The notes under the pieces: generated by a model
Told to the model about the DNA's origin: nothing
The model's database searches: none
The model's input: only the letters and a program-made list of their open reading frames with translations
Shown: positions 23,375-32,179 of the stretch, piece after piece
Layout: the number at the start of each line of letters is the position of its first letter
Position numbering within the stretch: the first letter of the stretch is position 1
Source: Candidatus Woesearchaeota archaeon
GTDB lineage: Archaea > Nanobdellota > Nanobdellia > Pacearchaeales > GW2011-AR1
DNA: 53,308 nucleotides
Assembly (NCBI GenBank): GCA_964409005.1
Contig: CAYPBR010000002.1
Coordinates: 1 to 53,308, forward strand
Direction of reading: 5' to 3'
Program-made: the position numbers and the translations under genes

Positions 23375-23728
23375 TCATTTTTTATATTCTTTTATTTTTA
23401 ATAGTATTTTGTCACACATTTCTATTTGATTTTGGTGTTCTATAATTTGTTCTGGATATTCATCATTCTTTAAACATTTTTGTTCTCTCTTTTTTAACTT
23501 TTTAATAATCTTACAAATTTCTTTAGTTTTAATTGCTTGTTTTTCGACGACAAAATCATTAATATTCCCACATAAATCCCACAAACCAATCAAACTATAC
23601 TTTAATGTTCCTTCTTCAATTGGAGAAATAATTTTATCTTTTATTTCTTGAACCCATTTTGAATGAATTACGTCCTTTTCAGTTATTGGAATTGAAGTTT
23701 CCTTATTATGTTTTTCTTCTTTTTTCAT
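23375..23728 (-). CDS. hypothetical protein
   Basis: ORF track. Confidence 0.45.
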   Translation of the reverse strand: MKKEEKHNKETSIPITEKDVIHSKWVQEIKDKIISPIEEGTLKYSLIGLWDLCGNINDFVVEKQAIKTKEICKIIKKLKKREQKCLKNDEYPEQIIEHQNQIEMCDKILLKIKEYKK

Positions 23729-24075
23729 ATTAATTTCCTTAAACTTTTTAAGTCACTCAACATAAGTTGTGGATTTTGAGGTAGTTTCATTTCACACCAG
23801 TTTTCATAAACAGGAATTAATCTATCTAGTTTCTTATTTAACTTTTCAAAGAATGGAAATAAAATAAAAAATTGTTTGTGTCTACAAAGTGAATTATGTC
23901 CTGTTTTTCCTGAACTTTGGCATGTGCAAATTAAATAAGAATGATTTTTTTTGATTACTTTTGTTACTTCTTCTGAATCTATTTTTAACATTTTCTCTTT
24001 TGAGATTGTGTTTACTTGAGAATATCTTTTCTCTTTATACAATTGAACCATATGGTTAAAATTTTGATTGTTCAT
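23725..24075 (-). CDS. SWIM zinc-finger protein (small)
   Basis: ICTCQSSGKTGHNSLCRHKQF. Confidence 0.55.
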   Translation of the reverse strand: MNNQNFNHMVQLYKEKRYSQVNTISKEKMLKIDSEEVTKVIKKNHSYLICTCQSSGKTGHNSLCRHKQFFILFPFFEKLNKKLDRLIPVYENWCEMKLPQNPQLMLSDLKSLRKLI

Positions 24076-24734
24076 CTGGTAGTTCCAAACAGGAAGTTTA
24101 TATTTTTTCTAAATAATCCTTTAAGGTATTTTAATTCATCTTTTCTCCCATGAACTCTTGCAACCGCAGTAGAAATCTTTTTAGGGGTTCCAGATAATTG
24201 TTCTGGTATTTCTATTATCCTTTCAGATAACTTTTCTAATCGATGATTAATTAAATTCTTAAAAGGAATAATAACTTCTTCTGCCTTTTTATCTAATTTT
24301 CTTTTTAATCTCTTATTTTGTCTTTCTTTTTTTACCAAAATTTCACTTTCTTCATAACCATTTTCTGGGTGGATTTGAAGTTCACATTGGCCGCAAATAC
24401 GAATTCTTATCTGAGATAGTTCTTTATTTACTGATTTTAATCTTATAGGAATTATGTGATGGGCAGTTGTTTTCCTTCTTTTACTACAAACATCACAATG
24501 ATTCTTCCTTATTTTTGTGCTTTTAAGATAAATTATCCCAGTCCGTGGGGTATTTCCAGAATTAATCCTTTTAAGAAAAAGACCTTCTCCTGTAATACTA
24601 TTTACTGCTGCTTGAGGAAGTTTTCTGAATGCGTGTAAAACATTATTTAATCTTTGATGTTTCAAACAAAGTTTAGAATACTTTTTTTCTAATTTTTCAA
24701 ACCTCTCCCATTCAATCATCTTTTTATTATTCAT
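24072..24734 (-). CDS. HNH-like endonuclease
   Basis: CDVCSKRRKTTAHHIIP...ICGQCELQIH. Confidence 0.55.
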   Translation of the reverse strand: MNNKKMIEWERFEKLEKKYSKLCLKHQRLNNVLHAFRKLPQAAVNSITGEGLFLKRINSGNTPRTGIIYLKSTKIRKNHCDVCSKRRKTTAHHIIPIRLKSVNKELSQIRIRICGQCELQIHPENGYEESEILVKKERQNKRLKRKLDKKAEEVIIPFKNLINHRLEKLSERIIEIPEQLSGTPKKISTAVARVHGRKDELKYLKGLFRKNINFLFGTTR

Positions 24735-25071
24735 TTTTCTTCTTCCTATAGTGTTCTCTATTGTATTTATTTATTTTTTCCTTATTTTTTTGATAATATT
24801 CTTTTCTATATTTCCTTAATCTTTTAACAACACTTGGTCTCTGATAATATTTTCTCTTCTTTTGTATCACATAAGGTCGGGAATTATATTCTTTAAGCCA
24901 CCTTTTGTATTCTTTAGTTTTTGAGTAGGCTCTTGAATATTCTCTTTGTTTCTTTCTAACTTGAGGACTTTTAAAATAACAATCTCCACAGTATCCACTT
25001 GTGCGTTGATAGTTTATGATAAATTTACATACTTTACATTTATTATGTTTTGGCAGTTTTATTTTTGGCAT
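24727..25071 (-). CDS. basic zinc-ribbon protein with Y/K/R repeats
   Basis: CKVCKF...CGDCY, then KEYKRWLKEYN...RKYRKEYYQKNKEKINKYNREHY. Confidence 0.5.
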   Translation of the reverse strand: MPKIKLPKHNKCKVCKFIINYQRTSGYCGDCYFKSPQVRKKQREYSRAYSKTKEYKRWLKEYNSRPYVIQKKRKYYQRPSVVKRLRKYRKEYYQKNKEKINKYNREHYRKKKNE

Positions 25072-25336
25072 TTTTTTGTTTTATATACCTTTCTTGCCTG
25101 TAATGATAACTACATAAGAGTGTTTGATTATCTGCCCTTAATAGTTTTTTACAGACTTTACATCTTTTTAAAGTTTTTGAAAGAGCTTTTTTACGAGACA
25201 TCCATTTACGAGTGTTATCTTGGCAATCTTCACAAATATAGTTAAATTTAGAACTTGGTTGGAAGTATTTTCCACATTTTCCTCTACAAGGTCTTTTTAA
25301 ATATATGTGTTTTGGGTCATCTACTCTTCTTGCCAT
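25043..25336 (-). CDS. basic zinc-ribbon protein
   Basis: CRGKCGK...CEDCQ...CKVCKK. Confidence 0.45.
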   Translation of the reverse strand: MARRVDDPKHIYLKRPCRGKCGKYFQPSSKFNYICEDCQDNTRKWMSRKKALSKTLKRCKVCKKLLRADNQTLLCSYHYRQERYIKQKNAKNKTAKT

Positions 25337-25391
25337 ATTATTCTTGTGACTTTATTTCTTTTTAAAACGGAAGTTTTTATTTTTATCCCCA

Positions 25392-25625
25392 TTAAAAATC
25401 CTTTGTTTTATTTATAATGTTCCTCATCTTTTTAACATCTTCTTCTTTCAATCTTGGAGGTCTTAAATCTTTTATTTTAATATCAATTGCCATTTCGTTT
25501 TTCACTTCTGCAATTTCTTGCATTGCCGTGGATTTAGTTCTAAAATATTGAAGAACTCTATTATATTTCACAATCTTTCCAGTTTCTTTATTTACAAAAA
25601 CATAACTTTTTCTTTTATTTACCAT
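25392..25625 (-). CDS. hypothetical protein
   Basis: ORF track. Confidence 0.4.
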   Translation of the reverse strand: MVNKRKSYVFVNKETGKIVKYNRVLQYFRTKSTAMQEIAEVKNEMAIDIKIKDLRPPRLKEEDVKKMRNIINKTKDF

Positions 25626-25812
25626 CTACATTTTGCTCCTCTACCTTCTTTAGACCTTGTGCATATTTCCCAAGTAAAGTATTTTTTATAACTTCTAAAT
25701 GGGAGATTAACATAGAAAGTTCCGCTTGGCTGATTTTCTTAATATCTACTTTCATTGCAATTTTTCCATTTTCTAGGAGGAGGGCGATTTTTCCCATCGA
25801 ATTATTTTTCAT
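25615..25812 (-). CDS. hypothetical protein
   Basis: ORF track. Confidence 0.4.
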   Translation of the reverse strand: MKNNSMGKIALLLENGKIAMKVDIKKISQAELSMLISHLEVIKNTLLGKYAQGLKKVEEQNVDGK

Positions 25813-26101
25813 TTTTCGCTGTTTTTTTACTTTTTTCTGTTCTGTTGCCCTCTTGTTCCGGAAATAAATAAAAGGATAATCCTATTAAAACCCCAACAAA
25901 AGCACCAATAATTAGAGAGATTAGTGGAAAAACAATAAAAAGCCCAACTATAAATTCCCATCCTTCATAAACACCTTGTTCTCTGGCAAGCTGGACTGAC
26001 GCCGCACCAATAATGGCTAAAATAACAAAGATTACAAGTGCTATCCAAAGTCCATATCTTAAACCTGTTTTGAGGCTTATTTTTAAATTTTCTTTTGTCA
26101 T
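25802..26101 (-). CDS. membrane protein (3 TM)
   Basis: ORF track. Confidence 0.45.
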   Translation of the reverse strand: MTKENLKISLKTGLRYGLWIALVIFVILAIIGAASVQLAREQGVYEGWEFIVGLFIVFPLISLIIGAFVGVLIGLSFYLFPEQEGNRTEKSKKTAKNEK

Positions 26102-26168
26102 TTCATTTTACCTCCTTTCATTTGTTTTTTGTTTAAATTATGTAATTTAATCATTTAATTTTACCATC

Positions 26169-26312
26169 CTATTCATATGTCCACCAATACCATGCTAAAG
26201 GCAATAATAAAACTCCTATTGGAAATTTGTGATGAACAAAACCAACATACCAAATACCAATTAGACCAGATAATAAAAGTATTACTGCTAATATTTTTGT
26301 TATATATCCCAT
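26169..26312 (-). CDS. small membrane protein (47 aa)
   Basis: Hand-translated MGYITKILAVILLLSGLIGIWYVGFVHHKFPIGVLLLPLAWYWWTYE. Confidence 0.35.
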   Translation of the reverse strand: MGYITKILAVILLLSGLIGIWYVGFVHHKFPIGVLLLPLAWYWWTYE

Positions 26313-26316
26313 TATT

Positions 26317-27189
26317 TTAAACCTTCCCCTGTTCAAATTTAATAATAATGTCTCTTGCCTGTCTTTCAGTTATACACTTTATTTCAGCAATTTTCTTGAC
26401 TTTTTCACTTCTTTTAATTTTACTATTGAAAACTTTCCAAATTTCATCTACTTCCTCAAAGTATTCAATTAAATCTAAATTTCCTAATAAGGATAATGAA
26501 AAAGAGGCAACTTTTTTTAATCTCCAAAAATCCCTCATTGATTTTGGGTTTTGATTTTCAATAAGATTATATAACTTGTTCTTTTCTTTTTTGAGTTCCG
26601 AAACTTCCGTTTTTGTATCTAATTTTTCTTTTATTTCCACCCATATTTTCATATTTGGTTTATAATCTCTTCCACTCTGTATTTTTTCTTTAATTTGTTC
26701 ACTTGTTAAGGTGATTTCGTTCGTAAATACCCTATCTTTTAATGCATTCATTAAAGGAGTATTTGAAGAAGCATTCGTATTAAAAATAATCAAGCCTTGA
26801 AAGTTATGTTTTAGATTTTTATTATTATTTATCCATTCAACATGTCCATTCCATAGAGCATTTAATAAAAGATTTATGACTGTATTATTTGATAAAAGGT
26901 CTGCCCCTTCATCAACAATAATAATGCCATCTTTTTTTAAGATTTCAAAAAAAGCCATAGGGGAAATATGCCCTGCCACTAAGGTGTGAGGGATTTTTAG
27001 TAATTTTAATAATTCTGCTGTTGCTCTTGTTTTTCCATAACCACTTGGACTTATATTTAAAATATGGATTTTTTGATTAAGAGCCATTAAAGTTGAAAAG
27101 GTTAATCTTTCGGTGTGTGGACTATAATTTTTTATTTCTTGTATTATTTCCTCTTTCGTCAATAATTTTTTAACCATTTTTAAATTCAA
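26317..27189 (-). CDS. P-loop ATPase (AAA-like), probable replication/packaging-associated
   Basis: Walker A SPSGYGKT, Walker B IIIVDEGADLL. Confidence 0.65.
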   Translation of the reverse strand: MNLKMVKKLLTKEEIIQEIKNYSPHTERLTFSTLMALNQKIHILNISPSGYGKTRATAELLKLLKIPHTLVAGHISPMAFFEILKKDGIIIVDEGADLLSNNTVINLLLNALWNGHVEWINNNKNLKHNFQGLIIFNTNASSNTPLMNALKDRVFTNEITLTSEQIKEKIQSGRDYKPNMKIWVEIKEKLDTKTEVSELKKEKNKLYNLIENQNPKSMRDFWRLKKVASFSLSLLGNLDLIEYFEEVDEIWKVFNSKIKRSEKVKKIAEIKCITERQARDIIIKFEQGKV

Positions 27190-27361
27190 CTTCCATTTTC
27201 ATTTCTTTAGCAACATCTTCAATCTCCTTTTTATACTTTTCCATATCTTCCTTCGGAATATCTTTATCCCATAAGATTAACCAAGTATTACTTTCAGTAG
27301 TGTGATAATTAGCAATCTTTTTACCTTTATATGTTATTATAGCATCTTCATCCATTTTCAT
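27170..27361 (-). CDS. hypothetical protein
   Basis: ORF track. Confidence 0.4.
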   Translation of the reverse strand: MKMDEDAIITYKGKKIANYHTTESNTWLILWDKDIPKEDMEKYKKEIEDVAKEMKMEVEFKNG

Positions 27362-27517
27362 TTTTTACCTTCCCAATATTTATCCGAATCTTTCTTTTCT
27401 TCAGCCATTCTTTTCCATCTTCTTTTTGTTTGTGGTTCGTGGATTTTTTCATCACAATAAAAACACATTCCAAAATAAAGTAACCAAATCATCAGACTTA
27501 TTTTTGTTTTGCAATAT

Positions 27518-27880
27518 TTACATTTTAACATTTTTTATTCTCCCCCTTGTTCCATTTTCATAATCAAATTTCATATGACAAGACCTACATAACCACAAAT
27601 AATCTTTTATGTCTCTTTTATATTTTCCTGAAATATTAGCCAACTCTAATCTTTTTTCTTTATTGCATTTCTCACATTTTAAGATTTTTAATTTATGTCT
27701 TGAAACCCATTGATGTTGTGCAGAGTAACTCTTTATTCTTTCACCTTTCCAATTAGGATTTCCTTCACATTTTCTTTTCTCTCTAGATAAAGAATTCCAT
27801 TTAAATTTTCCAGACCTTTCCCTATTAGAACACGACTTACATCTTCCATAGATTGTTTCTTTTCCACATTTACATTTCAT
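27518..27880 (-). CDS. HNH-family homing endonuclease (ANISGxYKRDI paralogue 1)
   Basis: GNPNWKG...QHQWV...CEKCNK...LELANISGKYKRDIKDYLWLCRSCHMKFD. Start set at ATG 27880 (leaderless geometry). Confidence 0.7.
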   Translation of the reverse strand: MKCKCGKETIYGRCKSCSNRERSGKFKWNSLSREKRKCEGNPNWKGERIKSYSAQHQWVSRHKLKILKCEKCNKEKRLELANISGKYKRDIKDYLWLCRSCHMKFDYENGTRGRIKNVKM

Positions 27881-27910
27881 TTGTTCTCCGTCTTCCACCT
27901 TTTTTATAAG
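27881..27910 (-). promoter_or_regulatory. TATA box / leaderless promoter (shared element with 37715..37746)
   Basis: Minus strand: CCCTTATAAAAAAGGTGGAAGACGGAGAACAA-ATG. Confidence 0.45.
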
Positions 27911-28002
27911 GGAATTTACGATTCTTTTTTTTCTTTTCTTTCCGTGTATTTCGTTTATTTTCTTCCATCTTTATATATAATTATTGACATTTTTTAATGA
28001 CA

Positions 28003-28337
28003 CTACCAAAGTCTCCTTCCTTTAATAAATAGTATATAAATTAAAACGCCATTGAATATACCAAAAAGTGCCCACACATTAAGACCAATTCCAAGTGGGT
28101 CATCCCTATTTATTTTTACATAATCTCTATCTTCATCTGACCCTATACTTAAAATTTTTGTACCAATTGTTTCTTTTGGTTCTTCTTTCCCATAAGTACT
28201 ATAAGTATAATCTGTATCATAACCAAGATTAAAGTAATTTCCCAGAGAGAAGGCAATAAAATTAAATACAAAGAAAATCCCAATTACAATTGCCCATTTC
28301 TTTATGATTTCTTTTTTTGTTCTTTAGTTAATTTCAT
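28003..28337 (-). CDS. 2-TM membrane protein requiring a -1 shift at A_AAA_AAG (or a homopolymer error)
   Basis: ATG 28337 opens an 11-codon frame (MKLTKEQKKKS*). A 95-codon start-less ORF (KEIIKKWAIVIGIFFVF...) lies in the -1 frame. The A7G heptamer at 28317-28311 is in X_XXY_YYZ phase. Confidence 0.4.
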
Positions 28338-28338
28338 T

Positions 28339-28659
28339 TTAATCTCTACCTCTTGGTAAGATACTCCAAACAATTGCCAAAATTATCCACAACCACCAAT
28401 CAAATCCTAAGAAACCACCATCATCATCTTCTTGGTCTTCATTAGTTGTATCTAAACTTTCATTTACTTCTGAAGCATTAATTCCTTGAATATATATTGT
28501 TGATTCTGTTTTGTATCCAGCGCTTTGGAAACTATTTAATATTAATAAAAAGATTGCTAAGAATATAAAAACAGCAATGACTACAATTGTTACTTTCTTT
28601 TTTCTACTTAGTTTTTTCTTTTTATTTATACTTTTTATTGTATTTATCTTTCTTGTCAT
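28339..28659 (-). CDS. membrane protein with acidic ectodomain
   Basis: ORF track; TM VTIVVIAVFIFLAIFLLIL, an acidic DDDGG tract, then a second TM. Confidence 0.5.
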   Translation of the reverse strand: MTRKINTIKSINKKKKLSRKKKVTIVVIAVFIFLAIFLLILNSFQSAGYKTESTIYIQGINASEVNESLDTTNEDQEDDDGGFLGFDWWLWIILAIVWSILPRGRD

Positions 28660-28703
28660 GAGTATGAATGCCCGCTAAATAAATTGGGCATTAAAGTAAT
28701 TAA

Positions 28704-29549
28704 TTATTCTTCTTTTGGTTCTTCTAAGTTCATATTTATGAAAGGCATTGCTCCACCAACAACTTTAGGCATTATACCATCCCATTTATCGATAGCTAAT
28801 TCTTCAACTTCTAATGCTTTTAATTCAACTTCTAATCTCTTTTGTTCTAGTAAGTCTGGAGTAATGTGTGCCTTCTGTAATCTTAGAGCCTCAGCTTCTC
28901 CTTCTGCTTGAGCAATTCTTTGTTTTTTCTCAATCTTAATAGTTTCTAACTCAATCTCTGCTCTAAGCTTATCTTGTCGTGCTACTGCTTTTTGCTCAAT
29001 AGCTTCAGCAAATTCATCACCAAACTTAAAGTTTACTATACTAAAATCATCAACAGTAATGTGATATTTAACCAACCTTTCTGCTAAGAATACTTCAATT
29101 TCTTGACTTACTTCTGCTCTTTTACCTGTAAGTTCTTCTGCGGCAAATTTAGCCATAACAGCCTTAAGAGATTCTTGAATTGCTGGTGCAATTATTCTTT
29201 CTTCATAATCTGGACCAATTTCTTGCCAAAGTTTTGGAACTTCCCATGGTGTCAAATGATAGTTCAATACTAAGAGTGTATTAACATCTTGTAAATCACT
29301 ACTAACACTAGCCGCCTCAGCTTCTATTTTTGTAGTTCTTACCTCCATCTTTTTAACAGTTTGGACATAAGGAAACTTAAAATGTAAACCTTCTCCTTGT
29401 GCATCCATGCTTGGTTTCCCAAAAGTAAATTCTATTCCCCTTTTACCTGCAGGAACAATATAAAAACTCAAGAATAGAGTTAGCATAACAATTATAGCAA
29501 CAGCTCCCCAAATAGCTAAACCCAATTCTGATTGTGCTCGTTTGTTCAT
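28704..29549 (-). CDS. SPFH/Band-7 (prohibitin/HflC-like) membrane protein
   Basis: N-terminal TM, then GIEFTFGKP...VQTVKKMEVRT...DLQDVNTLLVLNYHL and a long coiled-coil with A/E/K repeats. Start trimmed to ATG 29549 (AAAGGAGG upstream). Confidence 0.75.
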   Translation of the reverse strand: MNKRAQSELGLAIWGAVAIIVMLTLFLSFYIVPAGKRGIEFTFGKPSMDAQGEGLHFKFPYVQTVKKMEVRTTKIEAEAASVSSDLQDVNTLLVLNYHLTPWEVPKLWQEIGPDYEERIIAPAIQESLKAVMAKFAAEELTGKRAEVSQEIEVFLAERLVKYHITVDDFSIVNFKFGDEFAEAIEQKAVARQDKLRAEIELETIKIEKKQRIAQAEGEAEALRLQKAHITPDLLEQKRLEVELKALEVEELAIDKWDGIMPKVVGGAMPFINMNLEEPKEE

Positions 29550-29608
29550 CTTATTTGTACCTCCTTTCACTTGTATTGTATTAACCATTTTATTTATTAT
29601 TAACATTT

Positions 29609-29986
29609 TTATTCCAAACTAATTTTAGCAGTCATTATCTTATCCATATCAAAATTATCATCACAAACTTTTTCAGCAAATTCTTCCCAACAATTTGTGG
29701 AAGTCTCGAATACAAAACCATATAAAAAATCTATTTCAGTATTATTAACTTTTATGTTCCATGATAAATCTTGTATATAGTTTAGAGCATCAACATGCTC
29801 GGTCATTCCACAAGTTTCCCATACCTCTGACCTACATTCAAGCCAATCATCTTGATTAGTAGATGGTCTTTCACTACCAGGATTTATCATATTGGGAAGG
29901 GTAACAAAAATAAAGTTTATAAGACTAAAGAATAAAATGATTAAAACTATCCCTCCTACAATCTTAGTTTGCTTTTTCTTTGTCAT
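29609..29986 (-). CDS. membrane-anchored Cys-containing protein
   Basis: ORF track; N-terminal TM. Confidence 0.45.
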   Translation of the reverse strand: MTKKKQTKIVGGIVLIILFFSLINFIFVTLPNMINPGSERPSTNQDDWLECRSEVWETCGMTEHVDALNYIQDLSWNIKVNNTEIDFLYGFVFETSTNCWEEFAEKVCDDNFDMDKIMTAKISLE

Positions 29987-30036
29987 AGTTACTCCTTTTA
30001 TTAATAGTTTAAAGTATTTAAATGTCCCTATTTGTT

Positions 30037-30264
30037 TTAAGTATTTAAGTAAGTGTTCTTATTTAGTCCTCTACTGTTAGCTTTACTCTTTAATCTTTTT
30101 TTTCTTGAACAAGCTCTGCAACTTTTATGATGTTTAAACATGGGTTTATTACATTTTAGACATCTGCATTTTAATCTAATTTCGTTTGTTTGTCCTTCTT
30201 TATCAACTTTACTGAATCTTTCATACTTGCTTTTTCTCTTCCTTTTTTCCTTTTTCTTTGCCAT
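30037..30264 (-). CDS. basic zinc-ribbon protein
   Basis: CRCLKCNK...CRACS. Confidence 0.45.
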   Translation of the reverse strand: MAKKKEKRKRKSKYERFSKVDKEGQTNEIRLKCRCLKCNKPMFKHHKSCRACSRKKRLKSKANSRGLNKNTYLNT

Positions 30265-30452
30265 TATCCAAATAAATACTCCATTTTTTGAGGTTTTGCT
30301 TTTTTATAATCTGAAAATTTATCTAACCCAAGTTTTTTTGCCATTTCATCTATTTCATCAGCATCTTTTTGACCAAAATTTATTTTAACTACTTTCTTTT
30401 TATTTTCTAATGAATCTATTATTTTTTCTTTAGTTGATTTTTTTTTCTTCAT
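30264..30452 (-). CDS. hypothetical protein
   Basis: ORF track. Confidence 0.4.
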   Translation of the reverse strand: MKKKKSTKEKIIDSLENKKKVVKINFGQKDADEIDEMAKKLGLDKFSDYKKAKPQKMEYLFG

Positions 30453-30700
30453 TTTTCTTCACCTTCTATTTTTGAGAAGATTTTATTTACAAACCCTATT
30501 ATATATAGGTCGGTATATCCCCCTCCATCTTTATATCCTTTACTATCTCTAATTTTCTCAATCATCTTTTTTATTGCTTTTGTTTGAGATAGTTGTGCTT
30601 TTAATTCTGCAAGTTCTTTTATAAGATGTCCTTTAGCACTTCTTCTTATTTCTGCTTTTTTCTTTTCAATCTCTTTCTCAAGTTCAATAATGGTTTTCAT
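30449..30700 (-). CDS. hypothetical coiled-coil protein
   Basis: ORF track. Confidence 0.4.
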   Translation of the reverse strand: MKTIIELEKEIEKKKAEIRRSAKGHLIKELAELKAQLSQTKAIKKMIEKIRDSKGYKDGGGYTDLYIIGFVNKIFSKIEGEEK

Positions 30701-30969
30701 TTTAATTTCTCTAACTCTTCCATAATTTCCAGAAATTCTTTATGGTGTTTAATGACATTCTTAAATAATCTCTCATAATCATCCTCTTTAACAAGTTTTA
30801 TTACCCCCTTATAAGTATATACAGTTTCTGCCTTTATTGTATTTATACTGGCTAAATATGTTTTTTCATTGTCTAATAGTTTTTTAACAACATCAACAAA
30901 TATCTTTACTTTCTTCAAACCTTCCTCCATTTTAACCATATCTTTAACTATATCAGCTTTCTTTTTCAT
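30697..30969 (-). CDS. hypothetical protein
   Basis: ORF track. Confidence 0.4.
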   Translation of the reverse strand: MKKKADIVKDMVKMEEGLKKVKIFVDVVKKLLDNEKTYLASINTIKAETVYTYKGVIKLVKEDDYERLFKNVIKHHKEFLEIMEELEKLK

Positions 30970-31592
30970 TCTCCAACCATCTCCTTTTTCTTACATGATT
31001 TACATAAATGAATTTGAAATTTCTTTCTTTTATCATGTTTACATTCACTCCCACACTTAACTAATACAACTCTCTTATGTGTATAAAATTCTTTCCTACA
31101 ACCCTTCACACTATTCTGATTATCTAAACCTTTGTATTCTCTTACGAGTTTGTCAATAGCCTTATGATTAATTCTTGTTAATGTTTTTGGGCTTACATTA
31201 ATAGAAACATTTCCTGTACAAATCATTTCTTCCTTCAACTTCTTAATAAAACCATCAAATTTCACACTATCCTTGTTGTGAGAAGTGACAGAGCTTCGAT
31301 TAACTTTAACCTTCTCAGGACTTTGCTCTGTCTTGCCCTCAGGTGCGTGCTTAGTCGCTCGGTTACCTTTAATCTGAGGACTATGATTATACGAAGGTTT
31401 ATTGTTTAGATTGTTTACTTTATTTAGTTTACAATCTTTAGGTTTGAATTTCTTGCATTTACATTCAGGAGCATAACAACCTAAACCGTACCATTCCTGA
31501 ATATGGGGAGTTTTACTAATTCCATGTCTTTCACAACTATGTCCACAATTCCCACATGTTTTGTTGTCTAAACTCACATGATTATCTTCCAT
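30966..31592 (-). CDS. Cys/His zinc-binding protein (CxNCGH...H...CxCKKFK module)
   Basis: CGNCGHSCERH...CYAPECKCKKFK, paralogous to 32006..32179. Start trimmed to ATG 31592 (GGGGG upstream). Confidence 0.5.
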   Translation of the reverse strand: MEDNHVSLDNKTCGNCGHSCERHGISKTPHIQEWYGLGCYAPECKCKKFKPKDCKLNKVNNLNNKPSYNHSPQIKGNRATKHAPEGKTEQSPEKVKVNRSSVTSHNKDSVKFDGFIKKLKEEMICTGNVSINVSPKTLTRINHKAIDKLVREYKGLDNQNSVKGCRKEFYTHKRVVLVKCGSECKHDKRKKFQIHLCKSCKKKEMVGE

Positions 31593-31683
31593 AATATTCC
31601 CCCTATTATAATTACAATTAGTAAAAGTATTGCCCAAAAATCACTTTCCCTTCTTACTAAGTTCCCATATATTTTATTGGTGG

Positions 31684-31911
31684 TCATTTGCTCATTTCCT
31701 CCCCTGCTCGTTTATCTATAATATCACAATAATTGTAAATATGTCCTTCTTTAATATGATGGTCTTTAAAATCTTCCTTCAACTTCTTTATAAATTCCTT
31801 GTCTTGTGCAATAATCTTTCTATAAATTCTTCCTGCACTTGTAATCTTGCCTAATAATTCCTGTTCAAACAACTCTTTTCGCTTCGAGTTTAAATTAAAT
31901 TCTTTTTTCAT
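31684..31911 (-). CDS. hypothetical protein
   Basis: ORF track. Confidence 0.4.
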   Translation of the reverse strand: MKKEFNLNSKRKELFEQELLGKITSAGRIYRKIIAQDKEFIKKLKEDFKDHHIKEGHIYNYCDIIDKRAGEEMSK

Positions 31912-32009
31912 TCTGTTTCAACTCCATTTGCGTGCTCACCACATTTAGAACATATATCAGTTTCATCTACTAGTTGAACACTACAACAATTAGATACTAT
32001 TTCTGTCAT
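31908..32009 (-). CDS. zinc-ribbon mini-protein (33 aa)
   Basis: Hand-translated MTEIVSNCCSVQLVDETDICSKCGEHANGVETE; ATGA overlaps at both ends. Confidence 0.35.
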   Translation of the reverse strand: MTEIVSNCCSVQLVDETDICSKCGEHANGVETE

Positions 32010-32179
32010 CTTCTTAACTCCTTAAATTTCTTGCATGGGCATTTCTTTCCTTCAACCCACATAGCACACTTTCCATTCTTAAAATGTTGTCTTTTAGTAT
32101 GCCCACAATTTGCACATGGTGTATTATCTTTACCGTTCATTTCTTCTCTTTCATAGGTTGTGTTATAATCTTCCGTCAT
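32006..32179 (-). CDS. Cys/His zinc-binding protein (57 aa)
   Basis: Hand-translated ...TPCANCGHTKRQHFKNGKCAMWVEGKKCPCKKFKELRR; ATGA overlap with the phosphoesterase stop. Confidence 0.45.
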   Translation of the reverse strand: MTEDYNTTYEREEMNGKDNTPCANCGHTKRQHFKNGKCAMWVEGKKCPCKKFKELRR

